This document shows positions 19,698-30,254 of a stretch of DNA of 64,000 bases, in pieces. The stretch's first letter is position 1; each line of letters begins with the position of its first letter. Under the pieces are notes generated by a model that was not told the origin of the DNA, did not search any database, and worked only from the letters and a program-made list of their open reading frames with translations. Made by a program: the position numbers and the translations under genes. Source of the stretch: a virus; the IMG/VR virus record IMGVR_UViG_3300034351_000048, positions 1 to 64,000 of that record. The stretch is one strand, 5' to 3'.

Positions 19698-21401
19698 ATG
19701 ATTGATGTTTTTAATAAGTTATTACAAATAAACTCAGGTAAAAAGATATCTTTAAGTAAGAAAGAGATACAACAATTACCTATAGAATTACAATATGAGT
19801 TATATAAACAACGTATTGATTATTTTACGAGGGATTTTTTAGATTTATTTCTATATAAGCACCATAGGCGGTGGATTAATCATATAGACACACATAAAAA
19901 TTCTTTATTAATGGCTCCAAGAGATCACGGTAAAAGTGAAACAGTGGGTAAAGCATTAGTTACACATAAGATATGTTTTAATCTTAATATACGAATTTTA
20001 TTTATATCTGAAACAGTAGATAGTGTAGCGTTAAAATCTTTAAATCAAGTAAGACACGAATTAGAATTTAATGTAGAATTATTGGAATTTTTTAGAAAAT
20101 ATTATAAAAATCCAAGTTTTTCTTTTAGATTAAGAGGTAATACGTGGACTCAATCAGATTTTTTAGTAAATAGAACAAAGAACTTGAAAGAAAACACTGT
20201 TCACGCAGCTGGGGCTAAGACATCTATTACAGGCCAACATTATGATTTGATTATATGCGATGATATTATATCTGATAAGAGTGTAAGAGTAGAGAAACAA
20301 AGGGAAATTTTAAGAGAATGGTTTTCTAAAACATTAATAAACTTATTAGTAGATACAGAAGATTCTAAAATATGTGTAATAGGAACTCCAAAACATTATG
20401 ATGATATATATAAAACATTAGAAGAGGGAAATGTATTTTCTGTATTAAGAGACAAAGCTATTATAGAAGGTGATTTAAATTCTGAGTATTATCAATATAT
20501 TATAGATGAAAAAAATGATAGTGTGAAGGTTGTATTTCCACATGAAGAAGATAAATTAAGATATAAATTATTATGGCCTTATAATGAGAAAACAGGGCAT
20601 GGTAAAACTATAGAAGCTTTATTATTAAAAAAATATACGATGGACTCTATTGATCCAGGTCAATTCACACGTGAAATTCAGTGTGAAATTCTTGATGATG
20701 ATTTATCTCTTTTTAGTTATTCTTTATTAGATTCGGCTAAAGACATACATCTTTCTTATATAGATGATATAAAAGAATTACCTAATTGGTATAGTAGTAA
20801 AAACATTCGATATATAATTCAATCTTGGGATTTGGCAGTAGTGTCTGATAAAAATAGAGCTACTCAAAGAGACACCGATTATACAGTTGGGATTACTTTT
20901 GGATTAGATGAGAATTTCAATAAATATCTTTTAAATATATTTAGAGATCGTGGATTATCTCAATATGACTTAAAATCTAAAATATTTGAATTAGCAACTA
21001 TTTTTAACCCTGATGCGGTTATAATCGAAAGAAATGCGGCTCAAGATTTTATGGTTCAAGAATTGGCTGCGAGTACTAATATTCCTATATACCCACATAC
21101 AACTACTAAAATGAATAAAAGCGATAGTCTAAGAGGTCTTTTACAATTATGGCATACAAACTTATATAACCATAAGATAAAATTTCCTTATCATACAATG
21201 CAAGATAAGCGTAAAACAGATATTATTTTTAATGAGTTACATCGATATGGAAGTGAAAAACACGATGATACTATAATGTCTATATGGTTTACGTTGTATT
21301 TTATAAGTAATAGTGAATTAATGAAAGCTTATAGAGAAACCCATGCTTTTCAGAGACCTACAAGGTCAAATAGACCGCAAATCCAAAGAGGGAAGCTATA
21401 A
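19698..21401 (+). CDS. terminase large subunit
   Basis: Walker A APRDHGKS, Walker B GQHYDLIICDD, IGTP, nuclease motifs SWDLA, DYTV and HDDTI. Confidence 0.9.
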   Translation: MIDVFNKLLQINSGKKISLSKKEIQQLPIELQYELYKQRIDYFTRDFLDLFLYKHHRRWINHIDTHKNSLLMAPRDHGKSETVGKALVTHKICFNLNIRILFISETVDSVALKSLNQVRHELEFNVELLEFFRKYYKNPSFSFRLRGNTWTQSDFLVNRTKNLKENTVHAAGAKTSITGQHYDLIICDDIISDKSVRVEKQREILREWFSKTLINLLVDTEDSKICVIGTPKHYDDIYKTLEEGNVFSVLRDKAIIEGDLNSEYYQYIIDEKNDSVKVVFPHEEDKLRYKLLWPYNEKTGHGKTIEALLLKKYTMDSIDPGQFTREIQCEILDDDLSLFSYSLLDSAKDIHLSYIDDIKELPNWYSSKNIRYIIQSWDLAVVSDKNRATQRDTDYTVGITFGLDENFNKYLLNIFRDRGLSQYDLKSKIFELATIFNPDAVIIERNAAQDFMVQELAASTNIPIYPHTTTKMNKSDSLRGLLQLWHTNLYNHKIKFPYHTMQDKRKTDIIFNELHRYGSEKHDDTIMSIWFTLYFISNSELMKAYRETHAFQRPTRSNRPQIQRGKL

Positions 21402-21700
21402 TGAAATACAAATATTTTAGATATATAGAATCAGGTGTTATACAACCCCTTGATGATTTAGATAATATTAAAGAATTAAAGAAAGATAGGAATATAGAAT
21501 TATTATCCACACACCAAATTCAAGAAGAAATTTATGAAGTTATAAAAGAAACAAGGTTATTGTATAAAATTAGGAATAAAAAGAAATTGCTTGAAACTTG
21601 TATTGAACGTGTTAATTTTTATGTAGGATTAGATTTTGATGAATTTGATAAAGAATTTTCATGTTTTTACAACTATATCGTATCTAAAATATACACGTAA
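21401..21700 (+). CDS. hypothetical protein
   Basis: TAATG coupled to TerL. Confidence 0.6.
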   Translation: MKYKYFRYIESGVIQPLDDLDNIKELKKDRNIELLSTHQIQEEIYEVIKETRLLYKIRNKKKLLETCIERVNFYVGLDFDEFDKEFSCFYNYIVSKIYT

Positions 21701-21765
21701 TTATTTTAAATTTTAAATTTATTATAATTTTAATTATATTTATAAACAAAATAAAGGATGGAAAT

Positions 21766-22005
21766 ATGGATACAAATAAAACTTTTATATGGGATTTGTT
21801 TTTTAAGTTGTTTGATACAGCAGTAGGAACAATTATAATAATGGCTTGTTATTTTAGCTATTATTTAACATTAGAAATTCAAGAATGTATACAAGCAAAA
21901 GAATTTTTAACAGGTGAAAACTTTGTTATGAGCTTAATTTCTTTAGGTGTATTAATTGGAAGTATTGTAACAGCTGTTAAAAAGACAGTAGATAAGAATG
22001 CTTGA
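21766..22005 (+). CDS. small two-TM membrane protein (holin-like)
   Basis: Two hydrophobic segments and a basic C-tail, 79 aa. Confidence 0.45.
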   Translation: MDTNKTFIWDLFFKLFDTAVGTIIIMACYFSYYLTLEIQECIQAKEFLTGENFVMSLISLGVLIGSIVTAVKKTVDKNA

Positions 22006-22183
22006 AATTAAATGCTGTCATATCTGTAAATATTTTAAAAAGTGTAAAATTGTAAAACAAATACAGAGAAAAGAATCTAATTTAAAGAAAAAAACTGATT
22101 TTGGTAAATTGTTTTGTATAGAATTTGAAAAAATAAAAAGGATGGGAAGAGACTATAATGGAAAAGACAGAACAAACGAATAA
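21998..22183 (+). CDS. small Cys-rich protein
   Basis: CCHICKYFKKC...FCIEFE. Confidence 0.5.
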   Translation: MLEIKCCHICKYFKKCKIVKQIQRKESNLKKKTDFGKLFCIEFEKIKRMGRDYNGKDRTNE

Positions 22184-23966
22184 AACTAATAGCAATGTAA
22201 GACTAAAGGTGATTTCTAAGTCTACACAATCAACTTTAGCTACTTATTTTGTAACTTCAAATGATATTGTGGATGGGGGTATTTTAGCTCCCATTTTTAA
22301 TGAAAATTTGTATGATTTGATAAATGATTCAGCCCCTTTCTCAATTTCTATACGAACAATTGCCAAATATACATGCGATAATGGGTTTAAGTTAGTATTA
22401 AAACAAAAAGAGCATGAAGAATTGATAAAACAAAGTGAAAAATTAAAACGTAGGATAGAAGAATTACAACAACGACAATACAATTTAAATACTGAATTAG
22501 AAACAATAAAAAACGAAATTGGCAAATCCAATAATACAGTTACAAATGATGAAATACTTAAAGCAGAGGAAGATATAACTACACAAATATCTATATTACA
22601 GCATGAATTAAACGAGGCCCTCGATAAGGAACGCTATGAAGAAGAAATAAGAAAAGAAAAAGCTCATATAGAGAATATACTGAAAAATATTAATCCTGAA
22701 AAATCTATAAATACCTTATTAAAAGAGGGATTAATACAAGGTTTGATTTATGGGTATACCGGATATGAGGTTGTTTTCAATTCTTTAAAAGATAGATTCC
22801 AATTAATTAGAATACCTACGCATGAATTAAGAATAACACAAAGAGATAGGGAATTTACAACATATAAAATTGAAGATGAAAATGGAAATGAAGTAGAAAT
22901 GGATTGGAGATTTAGGAAATATGTTCAATATCAAGGAAATTTAGATATAACTGATAGCACTAAGTTTTCTACAGTTTATTTTAAAGATATAAACGATCCA
23001 AGAAATTTGAATTACACAACAGGAGAATATACTACAGAAACTCTACCAGATAATGTAGAAGCTAATCCTTGTATGTTTTTGAATTTTGGTATATTACAAG
23101 ATAGAGAATACCCTTATCCTATATGGTTAGGTGGATTCAATGATATAATGGGTTTCTATTACGCTACAAAATTAAATAAAAACTGGTTTGAAGATGGCAT
23201 GCTTGTATCTATGGCTGTTGTTGTCGATGGTGTTCTTGATGAGGATACATACAATGAATTAACCACATTATTAGATTCGGCTAAAGGTATAGAGAACTCG
23301 GCAAAACTGATTGTAATAGAAAACCTACAAAAGAACAACTCAGGATCTACAGTAGGATTAAATTTTAATTCAGGTATGGATAATAAATTTAATGTGAGTT
23401 TTGAAAAATTACCTGCTATGGATTTAAAAGATGGGCAGTTCTTAGAATACATTAGACAAACAATTAAAAATATTCGTATGTTGTTTAATATCCCTGCTAT
23501 TTTACTTGGATTAGAAGAAAGTTATAACAGAAATACTGCGATAATGGCGGTTGAAATGGCTAATCAGCAGTTTCAATCGTATCGATCCGAATTAGAAAAC
23601 ATGGTAAATAGAATACTTAAAGAAATAGGGATAAAATACCATGAATTTAAGCTTAATACTCCAAACATTACCGATTATAAAGAAGTTGTTGAGATGCTTA
23701 AACCTTTTATAGAAAATGATATCATACCTGTTAAGAATATACATGATATTTTTAATGAAATATTTAATACCGATGTTAAAGTAGAAGGTGAGGAAGATTT
23801 ATTAATTTCTGAATGGAAAAATGAACGTATTACAGAATTTGATAATATGAATAACACGGAAGAATCTAATGAAAATAGCATTGAAATACCTGAAAATGTT
23901 CAAAATGAAATCGGTAAAGTGTTACAAAAACATAATATAAACTATACATTTTTTAAAATAAAGTAA
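22158..23966 (+). CDS. portal protein (PBSX-like) with coiled-coil insertion
   Basis: Position after TerL; YPYPIW, NKNWFEDG, DGQFLEY...FNIPAILLG...YNRNTA motifs. Confidence 0.85.
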   Translation: MEKTEQTNKTNSNVRLKVISKSTQSTLATYFVTSNDIVDGGILAPIFNENLYDLINDSAPFSISIRTIAKYTCDNGFKLVLKQKEHEELIKQSEKLKRRIEELQQRQYNLNTELETIKNEIGKSNNTVTNDEILKAEEDITTQISILQHELNEALDKERYEEEIRKEKAHIENILKNINPEKSINTLLKEGLIQGLIYGYTGYEVVFNSLKDRFQLIRIPTHELRITQRDREFTTYKIEDENGNEVEMDWRFRKYVQYQGNLDITDSTKFSTVYFKDINDPRNLNYTTGEYTTETLPDNVEANPCMFLNFGILQDREYPYPIWLGGFNDIMGFYYATKLNKNWFEDGMLVSMAVVVDGVLDEDTYNELTTLLDSAKGIENSAKLIVIENLQKNNSGSTVGLNFNSGMDNKFNVSFEKLPAMDLKDGQFLEYIRQTIKNIRMLFNIPAILLGLEESYNRNTAIMAVEMANQQFQSYRSELENMVNRILKEIGIKYHEFKLNTPNITDYKEVVEMLKPFIENDIIPVKNIHDIFNEIFNTDVKVEGEEDLLISEWKNERITEFDNMNNTEESNENSIEIPENVQNEIGKVLQKHNINYTFFKIK

Positions 23967-24157
23967 TAGAATATATTACTTATCAATCCTTAACGCAAAT
24001 CTTAAAAAATAATTAAAAAAATTCAATAATTTTTACAAATCTTTTCAATACAAGGGTATAATACAGTTTAAGTTTGTATATTATATGTTTTTATTTTACT
24101 ATAGTATATATTAAAATGTTATATTACATATAGTTAAATTTAAATTGGAGAAATTCT

Positions 24158-25150
24158 ATGAGTAAAGCACTATTTAAATTATCCAATGTTGATATTCATG
24201 AAATTTCTGTTACAAAATCACCCGCAGTTGAGGAAGCTACAGTAATTGTAAGAAAATCTGATAATTCTATTCAAATAGAAACAAACATTATACATAAAAA
24301 TGATAAAGGCCAAATATTTCAATATGCATTAGTCCCAAATAAACCTGACAAACAAGGGGATGTAATAACCGATAGTGAAATAGAAAAAGCTACAGAGAGA
24401 TTAAAGAAAACAATATTTGACGGTGGATTACGTATAGGCAAGGAACATACGGACTTTAACAATGATGTTGTGGATTATGCTTTTACAGAGTATGACGATT
24501 CAGGATTTATAGCAAAACATTATGGGTTTCCGGAAGATAAAATAGTTAAAGGTGCTATGATTGTTGGAATGCAATTAACAGAATTCGGTAAAAGTGAATT
24601 TGATAATGGGAATTTTAAAGGAATTTCTATAGGTGGAATAGCAGAAAAAGAAGATATAGAAAAATCTATAAATAACAATTCTAATGATATAATAAAATCG
24701 TTATTATCTACAATTTTAGGTATAAAAACAGATATAAATTTAGAACAGTTAATAAAAAATGCTGTAAATGAACAAATAGAAATTTTAAAAAATGATAAAA
24801 CAGATAAATCGGAGGTTAAAAAATCTATGGCTGATGAAAATAAAGATCAAAAATTAGATGAAACAAAGACTGGAAATGAAGTTTCAAAATCTAATACAGA
24901 TCCAACACAAGAAAAGTTGTTAGAGCTTGAAAAAAGCTACAATGAACAGGTGAACAATAACAAGATTTTAATGGATTCTATAACAGAATTGAAAGATATT
25001 GTTAAAAATCTTAGTGGCAAACTGGATACAAATATAGAAACTGTAGATAAATTAGCAAAAGCTAAGGGTGTATCTAAAACCAATGATCCTCAACCATTTG
25101 AAAAAATGTTCCAAAATGGTTTATTCGGGGATGATGAAGATCAAAAGTAA
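24158..25150 (+). CDS. XkdF-like prohead protease/scaffold
   Basis: EISVTKSPA, ALVPNKPDKQGD, FKGISIGG, C-terminal coiled coil. Confidence 0.75.
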   Translation: MSKALFKLSNVDIHEISVTKSPAVEEATVIVRKSDNSIQIETNIIHKNDKGQIFQYALVPNKPDKQGDVITDSEIEKATERLKKTIFDGGLRIGKEHTDFNNDVVDYAFTEYDDSGFIAKHYGFPEDKIVKGAMIVGMQLTEFGKSEFDNGNFKGISIGGIAEKEDIEKSINNNSNDIIKSLLSTILGIKTDINLEQLIKNAVNEQIEILKNDKTDKSEVKKSMADENKDQKLDETKTGNEVSKSNTDPTQEKLLELEKSYNEQVNNNKILMDSITELKDIVKNLSGKLDTNIETVDKLAKAKGVSKTNDPQPFEKMFQNGLFGDDEDQK

Positions 25151-25170
25151 GAGCAAAGGAGTTTTAAATT

Positions 25171-26097
25171 ATGGGTAATGTAGTAGATTTAAGAAAAGCG
25201 TTATCAACAGATAAACTTGGTACATTGGGTGTTAGATCACCTGAACAGGCAAGAAGATTTATAGAAAAGCTTAGAGCTGAACCAACAACGTTACAATACG
25301 CAAATGTTGTTCAAATGAGTAATGAGAGTAGAGTTTTTAATAAATTAGATATAACAAGTAGATTTATAAAACCTGCTAATGAAGGTATAAGATTAAGTGA
25401 TGGAGATAAAGTAGATCCCGCACATAGCACTGTAACACTAACAACTTATAAATACATTGGTGAAATGGATATTACATATGAAACTATTGAAGATAATATC
25501 GCAAGAAACCAATTAATCCCACAACTTAGAAGTTTAATTTCTAGAAAAGTTGCTGAAGATATTAGTGATTATGTTATGAATGGCGATACTACAAGTTCCG
25601 ATGTTGAACTGAAAAGAATGAATGGGTTTTTGAAATTAGCTACTTCAAATGTATATGATTTAGTAAACAATCCTATTTCTTTAACACACTTTGATGGAGC
25701 TTTAGCTTTATTTCCTCTTAGATATAGAACTCAATTAAGAAACTGTAAATGGATTTTACAACCAAGAACAAGAGATACATATATTTTAGGATTAACAAAT
25801 GTAGATACAATGCTCGGTGATGAGGCAAGAAACACAAGATTAAACCCTAATCCTTTAGGTTATCCTATACAATTAGATTCTATTATCGATACTTATGCAA
25901 GTGGAAGTAATACAGACACAAGAGGTCTTTTTACAACACCTGAAAACATGTTAATAGGAATCTATAGACAATTTAATATTGATTTAATCGATGATAGACA
26001 TAGAGAAGTGTTTACACTTCATGTAAGTGGTAGAGTTGGTTGTCAATACTTAGAAGAAGAAATGGTTGTTAAATTAAACAATATTCAAATTGCTTAA
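25171..26097 (+). CDS. major capsid protein (HK97 fold, XkdG-like)
   Basis: SPEQARRFI, ITYETIEDNI, NGDT, MNGFLKLA, TTPENMLIG; position in operon. Confidence 0.85.
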   Translation: MGNVVDLRKALSTDKLGTLGVRSPEQARRFIEKLRAEPTTLQYANVVQMSNESRVFNKLDITSRFIKPANEGIRLSDGDKVDPAHSTVTLTTYKYIGEMDITYETIEDNIARNQLIPQLRSLISRKVAEDISDYVMNGDTTSSDVELKRMNGFLKLATSNVYDLVNNPISLTHFDGALALFPLRYRTQLRNCKWILQPRTRDTYILGLTNVDTMLGDEARNTRLNPNPLGYPIQLDSIIDTYASGSNTDTRGLFTTPENMLIGIYRQFNIDLIDDRHREVFTLHVSGRVGCQYLEEEMVVKLNNIQIA

Positions 26098-26119
26098 TTG
26101 AAAATTTTGGAGGAAGTGA

Positions 26120-26410
26120 ATGAAATTAGCTTTAAAGGTTGGATCACAATATTCGGTGGCAATACCTAATAAAAAATCAACAGGGCATAATGATAAGTTT
26201 TTAAAAATTAAATTTGTTAAGAATGAACCTGTTGAAGTAGATGAAACTTTAAAAACAAGTGATAATCAAAAATTAACTAAGTATCTTTTATCCATGAAAG
26301 AAATTATTTCACATGGTGGAGATACAATTGAAAGAAATATTTTTGATGAAATTAAAGAAGAAATAGAAGAAGATAATAAAATAGATACAAACAAGAAAGG
26401 AGCTAAATAA
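26120..26410 (+). CDS. hypothetical virion-module protein
   Basis: ORF after the capsid gene. Confidence 0.6.
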   Translation: MKLALKVGSQYSVAIPNKKSTGHNDKFLKIKFVKNEPVEVDETLKTSDNQKLTKYLLSMKEIISHGGDTIERNIFDEIKEEIEEDNKIDTNKKGAK

Positions 26411-26411
26411 G

Positions 26412-26786
26412 ATGGCTGATATAAATTGGATTAGATCCAAAAGACCATGTACTACAATTGTTGCTGCTAAAAGATTTATAAATACACAAGGAACAACCTA
26501 TCCTACAGGAGCGGGCGATGATTCTTTAGGGTGTAACATGGTTACAGGCGCTATAGGTGATTATTTATCTTATGCGGGTATTGGAGCCGAAATTGTAGCT
26601 ACATGTGCGGATTCAAGTGCCTTAACTTTAGGAACAAGCTTTGAATTAATGGTAGAAGCTTTAACAGGTAAATTAATCGCAGCTACCACGGGTGAAAAAG
26701 TAGTTGCTGAATTGATTGATATTTTAGGTACACCTGGAGTAGATGGAGATATTGTAGTAAGAGTTGTAAGTTATTACATGCCTTAA
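26412..26786 (+). CDS. capsid decoration/cement-like protein
   Basis: Gly/Ala-rich 124 aa, GKLIAA...DGDIVVRV, position after capsid. Confidence 0.55.
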   Translation: MADINWIRSKRPCTTIVAAKRFINTQGTTYPTGAGDDSLGCNMVTGAIGDYLSYAGIGAEIVATCADSSALTLGTSFELMVEALTGKLIAATTGEKVVAELIDILGTPGVDGDIVVRVVSYYMP

Positions 26787-26809
26787 TATTAATACACAGA
26801 GAGGTTATT

Positions 26810-27823
26810 ATGGAATTTAAAAGAATGGAAGATGGCACTATAGCTATAAAAAGTTATAAGGTAGCCAACGAAGCAATGGTTAAAGGTGATGCGTTAGACT
26901 CTCTTGGTGATAGAAAATCGACAACAGGTTCATGTGTTGGTATTATGGCAGAAAATACTTCAAGTGGAACTTTTTTTTACTATTATCCATTGAATACAAA
27001 CATTGCTAGAATAACAATAGCTACCGGATTTGATGCTAATACCGGTATAGAATTAAAATATACTCATGGTACAGGTTGGGAACAGGCAAGCTCTACAGAT
27101 ATAGTTGGTGCTGTATTGATTGAACCTGTAGACAAAACACCTACAGCCTCTACAATACTAGCTGGAGAAGATGTATATGCTGTTGTTATAAGAGGAGTAG
27201 GTGGGGCTTCTTCAGGAACTAATTTCTTATCCTTGACAGACACTCCAAGTGCTTATACTTCAAGTGGCAGTAAGTTACTTGCCGTAAATGCGGGTGGGAC
27301 TGCTGTTGAATTCACGGATGCTTTAGCTACAAAAAAGACAATTACAATTGCGGATACAGTAAATTCTGAATGTTTAGCATTAGTTCAAAATGATGTTACA
27401 AATAATCCTGACACCTTATTAATAACAAACACTGGAACAGGTAATGAAATTGAAGTAAACACAGATGAATTCGTAGTTGATAAAGGTTCTATATTACATA
27501 AAGGTCAAATAAGTGCTCCAATAGTAACACTTGTGGATGGTGCTACAATTACACCTGATTTCAATGATGGGAATGTTCAATCTATTACACTTGGAGATAA
27601 TAGAAACATGGCTAACCCATTGAATATGACAAGTGGAGCTAGATATACATTATTTGTTATACAAGATGGTACTGGTAGTAGAACTATAACTTGGGATACA
27701 GCTTATTTATGGGAAAGTGGCACAGCTCCAACATTATCTACTGGTGCAGGAGACGTTGATATTATAGAATTTATTAGTGACGGAACAAACATGTATGGAG
27801 TAGATTATTTAGATTTTAGCTAA
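26810..27823 (+). CDS. head decoration/fibre-like protein
   Basis: Cement-like N-domain, FLSLTDTPSAY module, QDGTGSRTITW...APTLSTGAGDVDII fibre-tip motif. Confidence 0.6.
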   Translation: MEFKRMEDGTIAIKSYKVANEAMVKGDALDSLGDRKSTTGSCVGIMAENTSSGTFFYYYPLNTNIARITIATGFDANTGIELKYTHGTGWEQASSTDIVGAVLIEPVDKTPTASTILAGEDVYAVVIRGVGGASSGTNFLSLTDTPSAYTSSGSKLLAVNAGGTAVEFTDALATKKTITIADTVNSECLALVQNDVTNNPDTLLITNTGTGNEIEVNTDEFVVDKGSILHKGQISAPIVTLVDGATITPDFNDGNVQSITLGDNRNMANPLNMTSGARYTLFVIQDGTGSRTITWDTAYLWESGTAPTLSTGAGDVDIIEFISDGTNMYGVDYLDFS

Positions 27824-27833
27824 GGGTGGAAAT

Positions 27834-30245
27834 TTGGAAACTAGGTTGATAAATGACAAATTAGCATATAAAATATACAAAACATCCATTGAAGATGTTA
27901 ATCAAGGCGATGGTATAGACCTAAGGGGAGACCGCTTAAACAGGGGGAACTCCCCTATCTTAGGTATATCAGCTTTGAATATTAAAGCAGGTCAAAATAT
28001 TTGGGTTTATCTACCTGGTACTGTTTCTGAAATAGTAATAAATGAAATTGTAGATTTAACATCCAATGCAGAATTATATTATGATGCGGATTTCGGCGGA
28101 TGGGTAAATTCAGCTTCTACAGAATATACAAATTTTATTATAACTAACCCTTCAAATAAAACTTTAACATCCACTTTACCTATAGGGACTAAAGTTGAAG
28201 GTATAATTATATATAGTAAAGATATAAATTCTTCCCCATCAACAATTTTTAATAAAATACAATTTGATACAACATATACACCAGGTACAGAACCCGAAGG
28301 ATTGGTATGGTGGAATTCTGATGATTATACATTAAATATCTCAACGGGTATTGGCCCTGTATTACAAGTAGGACAAGAAGACTATATAGTTGTATATAAT
28401 GCTAATGCTTATCAAATTGATAATGGGAAAGTCGTTCAACCGTCAGGTGGTTTAACGGGAAATATTATAAATATTGACAAAGCTATTGCAAATACTCATG
28501 AAGGTTTTGAACGTGCTATATGGGTAACAACAATGGATATCCCTGCCAGTTCTATAGGATTAGCTGTAAAATTTGGTAAGGTAAGAAATTTAGACACCTC
28601 AACTTTTAATCTTGGCGATACAGTTTATTTAAGTGATACTACAGCGGGTGAGTTAACTTCAACTCCTCCATCTTTTCCAAGTTATAGAGTTCAAATAGGT
28701 GGAATTGCTGTTAAGGATAGTACAAATGGGGAATTATTTGTATCTCCAAGAGGAGAAGAATCACAAGATACAGCAATTAATTTTTGGAATGGGGCGTTTA
28801 GGGAAAGTTTTGATTTTAGAATTGAAAGTAATGGCAGTGTTATAACCGGTTATCTTAATCCATCAAACGGGCATGATGATATGACAATGATATTTAGTGA
28901 TGGATTCTCAATGCTTACAACAATGCCACCTGTTGAAATAGTATTAACTGCAGGAACAGATACAAACCCACAGGTTAATTACGTATATGTTCCTAAATCA
29001 ACTAAAACATTAACGGTATCTACGTCATCTTTTCCTTACGATAGTGAGCATATCAAAGTTGCACAAGTTTTACTACAATCAGTTGTAAGTGTTCAGCATA
29101 ATGGTGCATTACGTAATCAAAATTGGAATGATCATATTGAAGATACTAAAACTTTTCAAGGTCACCTTTTACATATAGGGGAAAAACTTAGACAATTTGA
29201 AGCACAGTGGTTTTCTGGAACTTCAGGTTCTGTTACTATTAATTCAACTCCAACTCCTGATAATGTGTTTATAAAAGTAACTTCTGGTATAGTTTATCAG
29301 TTACATAGGCAAAATTTTCCTATATTAGATATGAATCCTCATACAATTGATGCTGTAGATATAGTGTTAAAAACATTCACAATAAGTGGAGATGGGGACT
29401 TAAGTTCTATATTTCCTGATGGTAGATTAATAAATGTAAATGGGTCAACTGGAAATAATGGGTTATATACAATAGATTCAACAACATATTCAGCACCAGA
29501 TTTTATTATAACAGTTGAAGAGCCTATACCAGATACAACCGCTGATGGATATATAGCTGATGATATACATGTTGTAAATAATTTTACAACTTCTTATAAA
29601 AAAATATTAAATCTTAATTCTGAAACTACAGATGCTTTAGGAAATACATTAGCAAATAAATCTTTTAGTTTTGTTTTATGGGGGGTAGCAAATAAATCAG
29701 GTGAACCCTCACATATAATGTTAAACTTACCTACTGGATCGTATGCAAGATTATCACCTGATTTGGCTGTAAATGATGCTAATAATTATTCAGTTTATTC
29801 TATACCAGATGAATTTAAGGGAGTAGGTTTTCTTATAGCAAGATTTACTTTCCAATTAGGACCTGTAGGACAATCATGGACATTATATAATACAGAAGAT
29901 TTGAGAGGTAAAATTCCTAATTCAACCGCTGGCGGTGGTGCTGGTGGTGGAGGAGTAACCGAGTTTACAGGACTTAACGATACACCCTCCACATATATAA
30001 GCGAAGCGGGGAATTTTACAAAAGTAAACGATTCTGAAAATGCGATAGAGTTTTCAAGCTTAAATGAAGATAGCTCTGGTAATATAAGCATAAGTGGGGT
30101 TCTTAAAATAGGTCAATTCAATGCAACTGAAGCCTCTGGATTGACACCCGCGAATGGGGATTTTATATATGTAACATCTACAAACGGAACTTTTACAAGC
30201 ATTGGTTTTTGGGGTTATGAAAGCGGATCATGGGTAAAATTATAG
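27834..30245 (+). CDS. large head fibre-like structural protein
   Basis: N-domain similar to 26810, GDTVYLSDTTAGELT and FTGLNDTPSTY modules. Confidence 0.6.
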   Translation: METRLINDKLAYKIYKTSIEDVNQGDGIDLRGDRLNRGNSPILGISALNIKAGQNIWVYLPGTVSEIVINEIVDLTSNAELYYDADFGGWVNSASTEYTNFIITNPSNKTLTSTLPIGTKVEGIIIYSKDINSSPSTIFNKIQFDTTYTPGTEPEGLVWWNSDDYTLNISTGIGPVLQVGQEDYIVVYNANAYQIDNGKVVQPSGGLTGNIINIDKAIANTHEGFERAIWVTTMDIPASSIGLAVKFGKVRNLDTSTFNLGDTVYLSDTTAGELTSTPPSFPSYRVQIGGIAVKDSTNGELFVSPRGEESQDTAINFWNGAFRESFDFRIESNGSVITGYLNPSNGHDDMTMIFSDGFSMLTTMPPVEIVLTAGTDTNPQVNYVYVPKSTKTLTVSTSSFPYDSEHIKVAQVLLQSVVSVQHNGALRNQNWNDHIEDTKTFQGHLLHIGEKLRQFEAQWFSGTSGSVTINSTPTPDNVFIKVTSGIVYQLHRQNFPILDMNPHTIDAVDIVLKTFTISGDGDLSSIFPDGRLINVNGSTGNNGLYTIDSTTYSAPDFIITVEEPIPDTTADGYIADDIHVVNNFTTSYKKILNLNSETTDALGNTLANKSFSFVLWGVANKSGEPSHIMLNLPTGSYARLSPDLAVNDANNYSVYSIPDEFKGVGFLIARFTFQLGPVGQSWTLYNTEDLRGKIPNSTAGGGAGGGGVTEFTGLNDTPSTYISEAGNFTKVNDSENAIEFSSLNEDSSGNISISGVLKIGQFNATEASGLTPANGDFIYVTSTNGTFTSIGFWGYESGSWVKL

Positions 30246-30254
30246 GAGTGAATT

